This document shows positions 52,048 through 64,000 of a stretch of DNA of 64,000 nucleotides, piece by piece. The notes beneath the pieces were generated by a model. That model saw only the letters and a program-made list of their open reading frames with translations. It had not been told where the DNA came from and did no database searches. Both the position numbers and the translations under genes were made by a program. This DNA comes from Somniosus microcephalus (lineage: Eukaryota). The stretch spans positions 250,480,001-250,544,000 of the forward strand of contig CM126209.1 in the NCBI GenBank assembly GCA_052327205.1, read 5' to 3'. The stretch's first letter is position 1; every line of letters starts with the position of its first letter.

Positions 52048-52275
52048 TGACGTAAGAAAACTACTAGGCACTTGGTCTGAGTATTAAACAAGGCTTTAAT
52101 CAACTGTTTCACAACATGGAGGTCTAGTTGCCCTTCACTAGTTCCTGTTTACAAAATGTCCTGAGCAAGTTGGGCCCGTGCCCGAGTATTTATACTCTCC
52201 CTGGACAGCGCCACCAGCAGGCCGCTCAGTATTATTCCATAAGTCATTTCTACATGAATGGCAAGATTCATGTCA
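52048..52275 (-). mobile_element. Solo LTR, ~227-bp family, copy 3
   Basis: Reverse complement of 13650-13876; TSD CTCTC/CCCTC. Confidence 0.82.
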
Positions 52276-53022
52276 CCCTCCTTGCCTAGGAAATATTTAT
52301 AACAAGCAGATAGAATTGGGGTCTGGCTGTTGTATTGAGCACCTGGGTCAAATTTTTGTTGAAATTATTCTTCTGGCGCAAAAGGCCACATCAAATCCTG
52401 GCGCATGACGGGAGGGGTCTTGGGGAAGAGGCCCGAATTTTACACGTCGCTTCACAGCCATGACTCGTAATCACTGAGTGCGCTGGTTCCAAGAGGCGAC
52501 ATGAGCCAATGCACCTCCGAGCTTGTTGCTCAGGTTGGAGCTGTTGGCAGTCCTTTGGATGAACTGCAGATGGACTGCTCAATCCCTGATGCTGAGATGA
52601 TTTCAATGGATTATTTACTTTGTCAGCTTGCTGCTCAAGAACAGTCAGTCATTTTGAATATTCTGGTTAATTCTGGTCGCCGTTCCATGGAAAGTGTACC
52701 TATAATCCTTGAAGAGGGAAGAAAAGAGCTGCAAGACCGAATTCAAGTATAAACAGGATGAACTACATGGAAAGGTTAATGGGAACAAAATCAAGCATCG
52801 TAGTCTACAAAGAAGATTAATTGAGCGGCTCATTAAACAATATAACATATTAAATGAGAATAGCTGGTCTCTATAGGCAATTTTTCCAATCTAGCCCTGC
52901 CAATAACTCCATTAATCTTTGCCTGTCTCACACTTTCTGATTCTTTCTGCCTCCCTCTCTCTTTTTATCTTCCATTCCATTTCTTTTCCCTTCTTTCTCA
53001 CCATTTAACATTTTCTCTTGTC

Positions 53023-53706
53023 ACATAGAAACATAGAAACATAGAAGATAGGAACAGGAGTAGGCAATTCGGCCCCTCGAGCCTGCTCCGCCATTCAATG
53101 CGATCATGGCTGATCATCTAAATTCAGTACCCTGTCCCTGCCTTCTCCCCATATCCCTTGATCCCTTTAGCCTTAAGAAATATATCCAACTCCTTCTTGA
53201 ATATATTTAATGAATTGGCCTCTACTGCCTTCTGTGCTAGAGAATTCCACAGGTTCACCACTCTCTGGGTGAAGAAATTCATCCTCATCTCAGTCCTAAA
53301 TGGCTTACCCTTTATCCTTAGACTGTGACCCCTGTGTCTGGACTCCCCGGCCATCGGGATCATCCTTCCTGCATCTAGTCTGTCCAGTCCTGTTAGAATT
53401 TTATAAGTTTCAATGAGATCCCCTCTCATTCTTCTAAACTCCAGCGAGCATAAGCCCAATCGACCCAATCTCTCCTCATACATCATTCCTGCCATCCCAG
53501 GTATCAGCCTGGTGAATCTTCGCTGCACTCCTTCCATGGCAAGAACATCCTTCCTCAGATAAGGTGACCAAAACTGCACACAATACTCAAGATGTGGTCT
53601 CACCAAGGCCCTGTACAACTGCAGCAAGACATCCTTGTTCCTGTACTCAAACCCTCTCGCTACGAAGGCCAACATACCATTTGCCTTCTTAACTGCCTGC
53701 TGCACC
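53023..53706 (-). mobile_element. Young CR1 3' fragment, same family as 35159-37693
   Basis: 193-aa open ORF2 C-terminus and a (CTATGTTT)n-type tail. Confidence 0.92.
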
Positions 53707-53774
53707 TCGATATGTTTTTCTAATGACCTGATTGGCTTTGGCTAACCATGTAACGCCATGGATCAGTCATAGTA

Positions 53775-55258
53775 TTTACTGCACAGAGACAGGCCATTCG
53801 GCCCAACAGGTCCATGCCGGTGTTTATACTCCACACGAGCCTCCTCCCACTCTATTTCATCGAACTCTATCAGCATATCCTTAAGAACATAAGAATTAAG
53901 AGCAGGAGTAGGCCATACGGCTCCTCGAGCCTGCTCCGCCATTCAATAAGATCATGGCTGATCTGCGACCTCAACTCCACTTTCCTGCCCGATCTCCATA
54001 TCCCTTGATTCCCTGAGAGTCCAAAAAATCTATCTATCTTAGCCTTGAATATACTCAGCTACCACAGCCCTTTGGGCTAGCGAATTCCAAAGATTCACCA
54101 CCCTCTGAGTGAAAGAAATCATCCTCATCTCAGTCCTAAATGGCCGACCCCTTATGCTGAGACTGTGCCCCCTAGTTCTAGACACTCCAGCCCGGGGAAA
54201 CAGCCTCGCAGCATCTACCCTGTCAATTCCCCTCAGAATCTTATATGTTTCAATGAGATCACCTCTCATTCTTCTAAACTCCAGAGAGTGTTGGCCCAGT
54301 CTACTCAATTCTATTTGCTTCTATTCCTTTCCCTCTATTATGTACTTATTTAGCTTCCATTTAAATGCATCTACGCTCTTCACCTCAACCACTCCCCGTG
54401 GTAGTAAGTTCCACATTCTCATCACTCTCTGGGTAAAGAAGTTTCTCCTGAATCCCTCATTGGATTTATCAGTGACTATCTTATATCTATGACCCCTAGT
54501 TTTGGACTTCCCCTCCCCCCAACTCCCCCCCTCAAGTCAAAACATCTTCTCTATGTCTACCCTATCAAACCCCTTCATAATTTTAAAGACCTCTATCAGG
54601 TCACCCCTCAACCTTCTCTTTCCTAGAGATCTATAATGATAGTTATAATCAGCAATGGTAGAGGCTCACTATAATCCTAGATTCAATATTACATTCATAT
54701 AATATTACACACACATAGCTACAGTGGAGCAAGAGCTCCTCTGTGACCTATATGTCACAAAATCTTAAATCCATTCTTTATAAATGGGCTTAGCAATTTA
54801 TTATACATATTGCAGAATGGAAATTCTCCAGCAATATTTTTTAATAATGCATGGATAGGTAAATAAACCCAGAATACTACTTCAAATGAAATGAAAGAAG
54901 TAGGACTAGCGTGAATACACTTTAATTAGTTGAAAAATACATTTAATACAGATCTTAGGAAGGAGCTTCTTGCTCACTGTTGAATGCTTGGACGAGGTAG
55001 TTAGTAAAGATATTTAGATTTTGTAAGTTTAAAAAGGCAACTGTAGGAACATAGGAGGCCATTCAGCCCCTCGAGCCTTCAATGAGATCATGGCTAATCT
55101 GTATCTTAGCTCCATCGACCCGCCTTGGTTCCGTAACCCTTAATAACCTTGCCTAACAAAAATCTATCAATATCAGTTTTGAAATTTTCAATTGACCCCC
55201 AGCCTCAACAGCCTTTTGGGGGAGAGAGTTTCAGATTTCCACAACCCTTTGTGTGAAG
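53775..55258 (-). mobile_element. Cluster of CR1 3' fragments (53775-54630 with nested 53882-54310; 55045-55258)
   Basis: Repeated GGCCATTCGGCCC stem and WNSL/RGDLIE peptides on the minus strand. Confidence 0.8.
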
Positions 55259-55405
55259 CTAGATCCTGTTTCGGAAAGTTAGTTGCTAGAACAGGGATGG
55301 CAACTTAAATGTCGCAAATATCTCTTCTGTACCTGAAGTCCAACTCTTTAGTGGTTTTGTGTAGCATCTGCCCATTCACTTAATCCCAAAATGAGAGAGG
55401 CAGAC

Positions 55406-58400
55406 TATTATGTCCGTGAATGATTGAGACACGGACAGCAGGAGTTGAACAAAACAAGTCTTTACTGAATGAAGTCAATCGGGAAACTGAACTACAGAGG
55501 CTCACTAGCGCCTTTTATACAGGGGTGGCCACTGCCGGTACTGCAGTCTGAGACCAGTTATTCTCTTAAAGGTACATACACAACAATTCCTCCCCTTTTA
55601 GATAAACAGTACATAACATTCATTTAACAACTAAATGATAACTAATTACAATCACAATTATGGTTGCTAGATACATTGGTTAAGTTTAAGCAATTATAAG
55701 TTCAGTCTTTGAGGAGGCTTCCTGATTCTGTCTGGATAACGCCTCTTTGGGGTATCAGGTTCTTCTGGCAAGGTTGAGTCGGGATCAATGTCGTTGTTTG
55801 GTTCATCTGCTTCCAATATCACCGATTCTGCGGTAGCTGCAATTGGTACGTCGATTTCATTGCCAGGTGTATTAGATTGTGGTGTGGAGTTGACGTTTTC
55901 CAGTGACTCTAGAATCTGGTCAGCATGGCGTCTTACAATGCTCTCTCCAATGTTCACGGTATACATGAGAGGTCCTTGCCGTGTACAAATCATTCCTGGC
56001 TGCCATTTCTCAGTGCGGTAGTCCCGGGCCAAAACTGGTTGACCTATCTTAAAACTCCTGGTCAGCCTTTCATTCATATTCTGAAACTGCCTGTTCTCCA
56101 CATCTCTTCGGACGTTTGGCTTAACCAAATCCAAGCGGCATTGTAGTCTTCGATTGAAGAACATCATGGCTGGAGTTTGGTTGGTAACCGCATGTGTCGC
56201 ATTCCGGTAGGCAAACAAGAAGTTGTCCACCTTGTGTTGTAGGGGTATATCTTCATTACACATTGCCTTGATAGCCTTCTTGAATGTTTGAACAAACCTC
56301 TCGGCCAATCCATTAGTGGCTGGATGATATGGGGCAGATGTGTAATGCTTAACACCATTGTTCTTTAAGAACCTCCGGAACTCTTCAGACACAAAATGTG
56401 GTCCATTGTCAGAGCAAATCTGTTCAGGCAGCCCATTCCTGGCGAATATGGTTCGTAAAACTGTGATAGTTTTTTCCGTGGTGGTTGAGGACATTTTTAT
56501 TACCTCTGGCCACTTTGAATGTGCATCCACTGCAATTAAAAACATCGAGTCCATGAAGGGACCAGCAAAATCAATGTGCACCCTTTGCCATGGAGATGAA
56601 GGCCACTCCCATGGATGTAGAGGAGCTTGTGGTGGGGCGTTTTGGACCTTCTGGCATCCTGCACAGCTCTTGGTCATCTCTTCAATTTCTCTATCGATTC
56701 CCGGCCACCACACAAATGCTCTGGCTAAGTTCTTCATTTTTACCCCACTCAGATGACCCTCATGAAGCTCATTGAGCACTCTATCCGTCAACTTGGGTGG
56801 AATTACTACTCTGGATCCACACATCAAGGTTCCTCTGCACACTGACAGCTGTTCTCTTCTCGGCGATGTGCTGGCCATCCCTTCACCGTTAAATCATAGA
56901 CCCGTGATAGTGTCGGGTCATTCCGTGTTTCCTTTTCTATGTTTGCATTCATCACAGGGAGACATTCGACTATGGTCGAGTGGAATAACTCCATTGGATC
57001 CACTGCAAGGTCTTCTTCTTCCACCGTCGGCAACGGTAGGCGTGACAATCCATCAGCATTCCCATGCTGTTTAGTTCCTTTATACTCGATGTCATATTGG
57101 TGTGCCCCTAGGAAAAGGGACCGCCTCTGCAGCCGTTGCGCTGTCGTTATCGGTACGCCCTTCTGAGGGTTGAAAATGGAGACAAGAGGTTGATGATCGG
57201 TTAGTGGAGTAAATTTTTGACCATGCAGGTAGTGATTGAACTTCTTCACCCCCCACACTAGGCTGAGGGCCTCTCTGTCAATCCGGGCATTGTTACGCTC
57301 GGCAGAAGTTAACGAGCGTGACGCAAAAGCAATCGGCCTCTCTAAACCATCAAGGAATTTATGTGACAGTACCGCCCCAATGCCGTAGGGAGATGCATCA
57401 CACGCCAGTCTGATCGGCAGTGCTGGGTCGTAGTGAGCCAATACTTCTCTTGAAGTGATTAAGTCCTTACTCTTCTGAAAGGCCAGCTTACAATCATCGC
57501 TCCATTTCCATGCTACTCCCGTTCATAGCAGGGCATTCATTGGGTGCAGAATTGTCGACAAATTCGGCAAAAACTTATGGTAGTAATTCACCAATCTGAG
57601 GAATGACCTCAGTTGCGACACATTTTCAGGCGCTGGGGCCTTAACAACCGCTTCAATTTTGTCAGGGGACTTATGTAACCCCTCTTCATCAATCACGTGG
57701 CCACAATACGATATCTGTTTCTTAAAAAACTCGCACTTGGGGCGGTTGGCTCGTAGCCCATGTTCCCGTAGTCTAGTGAGCACCTGTTCTCGGTTGTTAA
57801 GGTGTTCACTGTCATCTTCACCTGTCACAAGGATGTCGTCCAAGTAACACTGAGTCCCCGGAGTCCCTTGCAGGTCTTGTTCCATCGCTCTTTGCCATAT
57901 CGCCGGAGCCGATGCTACTCCGAATACCAATCGATGATACTGGTAAAGACCTTTGTGAGTGTTTATCGTGAGATACTTCCTAGAGGATTCTTCAACCTCC
58001 ATCTGCAAATATGCTTGTGTTAGGTCAATTTTTGTAAAACGCTTCCCTCCAGACAGGCGAAGATGTCTTCTATCCTTGGACGAGGATATTGTACTGTGTG
58101 AAGGACTGGGTTCACCGTCACCTTCAAATCCCCACAGATGCGAACCTTCCTTGGCTCCTCAGACTTATTGCTTAACGTTTTCTTCATGACAGGAACGATG
58201 GGTGTCACCCACTCGCTCCAGTCGACCTTAGACAACACGCCTGCCTTCTCCAGATTCTCCAGCTCTGCCTCGACGGCTGGGCGAATTGCATATGGTACCG
58301 GTCTTGCTTTGAAAAACTTGGGAATTGCATTCTCTTCTATTTTTATCGAGGCGGTTACGCCTTTAAGAGTGCCCAGTTCTTGTTGAAAAACCTCTTTGGC

Positions 58401-60410
58401 GTTAGCTAAGATTGTTGACAATCGTCCAGGAGTGACGTCATCATCTTTTTTACCGTCCGCCGTCATTGCATGAATGGAGTGCCAATCTAAGCTTATCTTC
58501 CTGATCCATTCACGTCCCAATAATGGTGGTCCACCATTTTGCAGTATGTAGAGATACAATTTCCGTATTTTCTTGCCGTTGTATTCGACAGGCACCCTTA
58601 TGTTTCCTCTGGGGTATTCTTTTTGCCCCGTATACGTCGTCAAGACGATGGATGTCTCTCTCAAGGGTATGTGTGAGAATAGCCGCTCGGAGTCTCATCG
58701 ATTCATGACGGTTAGCGCTGATCCTGTATCCAATTCCATTTTAACTTGGGACCCTGCTATCGTGAGGGTAACTCAAATGGTTCGGTGATCCTCTTTTGCG
58801 ATTACATTGTGAAGTTTGAGACAGCTTAGTCTCCTGTTCCCGGATTCACTATCGCTCATCTGGTCTTCGGAACTACTGTCCATCATCTTTTGTACTTTCT
58901 TGTACGGTTCCTTAGTAGCCTTTTTGTTGTCGCTGGTCTTCTTCCCAGACCTGCAAACTCGTGCACTGTGTCCCATCTTTCCGCATTGCCTGCATATTTT
59001 GTCCTTGGACCAGCAGTCCTTCTGGTCATGGTTAGTTCTGCCACAGCGATAACATTTTGCAAATCTCCGTGTCATTTCGTGGGTGCCGTATTCCTGTGGC
59101 TTTTGTTGAATTTCCACAGCTCCCCTGGCTGCTGCTTCGTACGATACTGCCATGCTGAAAGCCTTATCTAGCGTCAGCTCTTTCTCTGAGAGCAACTTCT
59201 TCTGTGTTCCTTCACTCAGGAGTCCACAGACAAATTTGTCCTGTAGGGTATCTGCCAGTCCTGCTCCGAACTGGCAGTGCTTTGATAGCTTGCGTAGTTC
59301 CGTAAGGTACTCAGCATTGCTCTCATCTTTATGCTGAGTTCTCCTGTGGAATTTAAATATTTCTGCTATCAACAGCGGTGCAGGGTTTGGGTGTTCCTGT
59401 AGGACAGCAACAATTTCGTTAAATCTCTTCGCCTTCGGTTTGGCTGGAGTAATCAGGTCCCGCAATAGGCCGTACATTCTAGCGCCCATTAAGTTTAGCA
59501 ATACCGATGCCTTTTTCTCATCGGCTATTTTGTTTGCCTCGCAATATACCTCGACTCTTTCCACATACGTGGTCCAGTCCTCTATTGTATTATCAAAGGC
59601 GATGATACAGCCAGTCTTCGGCATCTTGAAAATCTAAAATGGCGCCTCCTGCGCTTTGCCTTCTTCCCCGATTTAACAAAATGGCGCCTCCCGTGCTTTG
59701 CCTTCTTCCCCGCTGATTAAGATGGCGCCTCCCGCGCTTTCCGTTGCAACCTGCAGCTCCTCGCGGTTTCCTGCGTGTTTAATATTTCTTTTTTTTATTA
59801 TTTTCACGTCGTGGAACAACCCTGTGGGACTCTTGACTCCCTCTTCTTGGGTCTATACGCAGCCCGGCTTCGTAGCTCCGGCCGCGCCCTGTGTGCTCCA
59901 CCCTCTCTCTTTCCTCTTCCCGACAACGCTGCTCGGCCCCGTTGCAAGCCACCCGCTCGAGTTCGTGACTGCCGCAGCCCAGGAAGGATCAGTGTACTAC
60001 CTGCCACCAGCCCGATTAGCTGAAGCACCGTCGACAGGAACCAGGCCCCGCTTTTGACAGCTTCTCCAGCAATCTTCAACTCCACTAACACAGGGGCGGA
60101 TGCCCACGGTCGACGCCCGTTTCTACTGCTTCTTTCTTCCTTCTGGCCTCGACCTCTGCTCACTTCGCTGCAGGAATGCATCCCAGGAGGTGGTGCAGAC
60201 TGTAGGTAAGTTCGTATCTGCTCGTCGCCAGTATTATGTCCGTGAATGATTGAGACACGGACAGCAGGAGTTGAACAAAACAAGTCTTTACTGAATGAAG
60301 TCAATCGGGAAACTGAACTACAGAGGTTCACTAACGCCTTTTATACAGGGTGGTCACTGCCGGTACTGCAGTCTGAGACCAGTTATTCTCTTAAAGGTAC
60401 ATACACAACA
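55406..60410 (-). mobile_element. Ty3/Gypsy LTR retrotransposon C, full length, defective, related to Gypsy A
   Basis: LTRs at 55406-55585 and 60232-60410 (about 4 differences), perfect TSD CAGAC, PBS TGGCGACGAG, and the same PPT as Gypsy A. Confidence 0.96.
55694..59624 (-). pseudogene. gag-pol: gag-pol of Gypsy C, broken by several stops and frameshifts
   Basis: Gag CCHC knuckles, LDTGS, YLDDIL, LACDAS and an intact integrase core (HIDFAGP, SDNGP, NGLAERFV). Confidence 0.94.
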
Positions 60411-60539
60411 CAGACTAACATAAAGGTGGGATTTCACCGCAAGAATGGAGATAGCTACTGATCTGGCTAACTAACATATTTGGAATTAATCTCAATGTAA
60501 AATAATTCATTTTAACCTCTACGTGGCATCATATCAGAA

Positions 60540-62668
60540 GCACCACCATTGCTGGTTCTCCCACCATCAACATCCTGGAGGTCAATGTTGACCAGTAACG
60601 TTACCCCGGACCAGCCACATCAACAGCAGTGCTGGCCAGACGCTGAATACTGTGTGTCGAATGGCACATCTGCTGACCCTGTAGGGTTCTCAAAATTCCC
60701 ACATTCACCAAACGTTATGGATAAAGGGACCCTGTATGGACAAGTTATTAAAAAAGGGTACCCAAAATGGCTTCTGAAACCTCGTGACCAAAACGTACAG
60801 GATTTTAAAAGCAAGGCCCTGCAAGAGGCAGGCCCTTTCAAAACCTGAAACGAAACCTAACATGCATGGATCTGTGAAAGACTTTGTAAAGCCAGACAGC
60901 TAGGTAAATGCAGAATATGCATTCTTCATCTTGGAACAGATCAAGTCAGGATGGATCTACTCTTGAGGCCATTAACTTTCTGCATACATAATCGGTAACA
61001 GCTCACAGTAGCTACCAAGCCAGGAAAAGACGATTAAATTTCATAAATAACAAACAGCCAGGATATTGAAGCCATTAAACCAGGAGACTACCGCCCCAAA
61101 AGCCGTTAAAGTGGATGACCGTAATCACTTTGGACGAGCCCGCCAAACGTTAGACAAAGGACTGACCTGATTTGGCGCGCAGATAAGGGATGAAGAACCA
61201 GGTATAATTGTAGGCCCACCGGTAGCCAAGCTCTCTTGGTCTCTCCGCTCTCTCTTGCCTCTTGCCTCGTCGCGGGCTCTCTTCTCCCTCCCCGTGCTGC
61301 TCGACACCGAGGATGCCCATTACTACACCGGGAGCCAAAAGCGGGAGGAGAACGGGACCCGAAATGAATGTGCACAGGACACATGGGGCCACGAACGGGC
61401 AGATGAGACGAAATGAATGGTAAAACCGATAAAAGCAGAGAAGGGCAGGCGAGACAAGACGAATGGTAAAACCGATAAAAGCACAGAAGGGCAGCAAAAA
61501 AGAAGCGTTGGGGACGAGCGGGTACACACCCCGGCCTAGTTATAAGCTGGCGTTTGAAGCATGGGTAGGAAGATCAAATGACAATATAAACCGCCAACTG
61601 AACCCCAGCCGCAACAAAGCCGTCAGCGACCAAACCGCCATCAGAAGAAAAAAAAACATCTCTGCAAGGTGAAGTACCCAACAAAGACGTTAACGGAGGA
61701 AAAGGAGGGTACTTCGCACAAATGACTCCATCGCCGCGCCCTGTGACCATGTGATGACGACGGACCCCAAAGGATAACAAGAGCGAACCCCAAAAACCAC
61801 AACCAGTTCAATCAACAGGTTTCGAATTGGTGAGCATAAATCCTTGACCCCTCGTAGCTTAATCTAGTTAGGTATTGGGGGTGGGACAAGGGTAGGGGAT
61901 TTTAATGTGTTTGTTCCCTCGATGTGCTGTGTGTTCCTCATTCCCAAATAAGTGTAATTTTATATGTCTGTAATTATCCTAGTAATTCTCAGTGTTGTGA
62001 CTTTATTGTGCCTTCAATAAAAATTACGGTTTTCTTGCACCAAGCCACTTGTCTACTCTATTTTCTGTATCGCCGCCTGTACCTAAGTCCGGTGTCTAGA
62101 ACCCAGGGGCGTGGGAGCGATTCGAACCACTCAGGGACAATCAGGGGCAGAGCTGACTGGGCACACACCACCCCCTACAACCCCTTCAAAGCTTCTCCAC
62201 CATCGGCAGGGTTCAAGTCAGGAGTGTGTTGGAATATTTATCACTAGCCTGGATTGGGGGGGCAGTGGGGGGGCAGCTGCAACAACACTCAAGAAGTTTG
62301 ACGCAAATCAGGAGAAAGTCATCATTTGATTGCCGGGCCTGCCACCGAACTCAACATCCACCTCCCTACGCCATCAGTGCACTGTGTCTGCAGTACGGAC
62401 AATCGGCAGGGTGCACCGGAGCACATACCAGCCCGGGACCTCCGTCAGCAAGAATGGTGAGAGCAGCATGGTAGTAACATCACCTCGAAGTTCCTCATCA
62501 AGTCACACACCATCCTGCCTTGGACATGCACCACCATTCCGTCATCGTCGCTAGGTCAAAATCCTGGAATTCCCCGCCTAAAACTATCGTAGGTGCACCA
62601 TCAGCACAAGGACATGCAGAGTTCAAAGATAAGGCCCCACACTACCTTCACAGGGCAACAAAGGATAG
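60540..62668 (+). mobile_element. Very degenerate LINE 3' portion, homologous to 42350-44645, split by a long solo LTR
   Basis: CCACCATCAACATCCTGG, CAAGTCAGGAGTGTGTTGGAATA, CAACAACACTCAAGAAG and CAAGTCACACACCATCCTG match the 42.4-44.6 kb LINE. Confidence 0.75.
60680..62179 (+). mobile_element. Long (1500-bp) solo LTR, copy 2
   Basis: TGTAGGG...CCCTACA termini, perfect 4-bp TSD ACCC, TATAAG at 61541, AATAAA at 62016. Confidence 0.88.
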
Positions 62669-62762
62669 ACAGCAGAAAATGCTGGAGACACTCAGCAGGT
62701 CAGGCAGCATCTGTGATGAGAGAAACAGAGTTAACGTTTCAGGTGGATGACCTTTCGTCGAC
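62669..62762. repeat. Penelope-like terminal repeat fragment
   Basis: GCAGAAAATGCTGGAGACACTCAGCAGGTCAGGCAGCATCTGTG..GTTAACGTTTCAGGTGGATGACCTTTCGTC; the minus strand resembles a decayed hammerhead core. Confidence 0.5.
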
Positions 62763-62819
62763 AATGACTGCAGCCTAACCAGTAACACATGCATCCTGAT
62801 TACAGAATAAAACAAAACA

Positions 62820-63400
62820 AAAATGCCACCTTGGCCTCCATTATACAGCAGTTCTTCTTGTCTGCTTCCTACAGGCTGGAGAAATGTAACAGAAGACTTC
62901 AACAAACTCTTTATTTCCCAGAGGTATGCTCCCACATACATCCGTGGGTAATGATGAGGCCATACCAAGCTGCCAAAGGGGACATCAAACAGGAGGTTGA
63001 TGCATTGGAAAAAAAAAATCATCACTTGCCCCATGGACAACCTGCAGCAGAATGACAGAGCATTGCATTTCTTCTTTGCTGCGCGGGATTACGCAAGGTC
63101 CAGGGTGCCATTGATGGTGCCCATGTAGCTCTACCAGCTCCTGTGCACAATTCTATCACCTTTATGAAATGCAAGGGTTTCCATTCCGTCAACGTGCAGG
63201 TCATCTGTGACCATCAATGTAGGATCATGCAAATGAATGCCCGGTGAATGTAACGACGGCTTTGGTTAAAGGTAGTCCGCAGTGCCAAGATTATTTGACC
63301 AAAAATAAAGTGCAAGATTGGCTCCTAAAAGTCCTCAGGAATCCTCTTGAGCCTGGGCTCATGACACCTCTGAGACCGAGCCGGTGGTAGCAGAATGCTG
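62820..63400 (+). pseudogene. Highly degenerate Harbinger transposase fragment
   Basis: About 63085-63247 translates KVQGAIDGAHVALPAP..KGFHSVNVQVICDHQCRIMQMNAR. Confidence 0.8.
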
Positions 63401-63930
63401 CCAAGTACCACCTTCCACTGAGTCACCATCACGGTTCACCTCATACTTGTGCAACAGTGTTTATGGTGTTTTCTTTATGGGTTTTTGTGGCTCTTACGCT
63501 GAAGTTACGAGGAACGAGTTGGAGAACCCTCACAGAAAACCACTCCCAAAGTATCTATTGGGCAGTTGCAGTAACTCAGGGCTTCCCTCCACCTGTTAGT
63601 CCTGTATATGAAGCTAGGTCACAGATCAGCCACGATCTCATTGAATGGTGGAAAAGGCTTGAGGAGCTGAATGGCCTCCTCCTGTTCCCATGCATCCCTC
63701 TGCTGCCTCTGCAAGATGGTCACCCACGCTTCTATTTCTGCGCTGCCCGGTTGTCCTGAATTGCCTAGTGCTATCTCTTGGGCGACCATGTTCTAGGGAG
63801 TATGATTCAGAAACCCTCAGCCTCTCTGAAGCTGCAGATTGTGGCTAATCATTCCTCGAGCTCAGAGATCCTCTGCTTCAGAGATTCAGTCTTTCTGCAC
63901 ACTGTGAATGCACTGTCCTGGATACACTGA

Positions 63931-64000
63931 GAAACATAGAAACATAGAAGATAGGAGCAGGAGTAGGCCATTCGGCCCTTCGAGCCTGCTCCGCCATTCA
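63931..64000 (-). mobile_element. CR1 3' tail running off the window end
   Basis: GAAACATAGAAACATAGAAGATAGGAGCAGGAGTAGGCCATTCGGCCC, as at 53023. Confidence 0.85.

Noticed and set aside
61150-61527. Hydrophobic antisense ORF in the long LTR, with a counterpart at 43080-43382
   Set aside because: No shared ATG, and copy 1 is frameshifted relative to copy 2. The composition follows from purine-rich repeats on the plus strand.

Overview
Eukaryotic, transposon-saturated genomic DNA, most likely intronic or intergenic sequence from a cartilaginous fish (shark). That inference rests on the Deu-domain SINEs, shark-type CR1/L2 LINE tails and Penelope-like remnants. There are no prokaryotic genes, rRNA/tRNA genes or CRISPR arrays. 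Main contents: (1) Three full-length but defective Ty3/Gypsy retrotransposons at 21084-28857 (+), 30046-34599 (-) and 55406-60410 (-). (2) A PIF/Harbinger transposon inside the integrase of the first Gypsy; its transposase has one frameshift and its Myb gene is internally deleted. (3) A Harbinger-type element carrying only a three-exon Myb/SANT-like gene whose frame stays open when spliced (7402-9984). (4) Several Harbinger, hAT and Tc1/mariner-pogo MITEs. (5) Two ~1.5-kb solo LTRs with 4-bp TSDs, inserted independently about 45 bp apart in homologous LINE sequence. (6) Three ~227-bp solo LTRs. (7) Many nested CR1, L2 and SINE fragments. A repeat-free island at about 10.7-13.6 kb and a CpG-rich exon-like segment at 20278-20380 may belong to an unidentified host gene. 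All calls come from reading the sequence; no database search was run.
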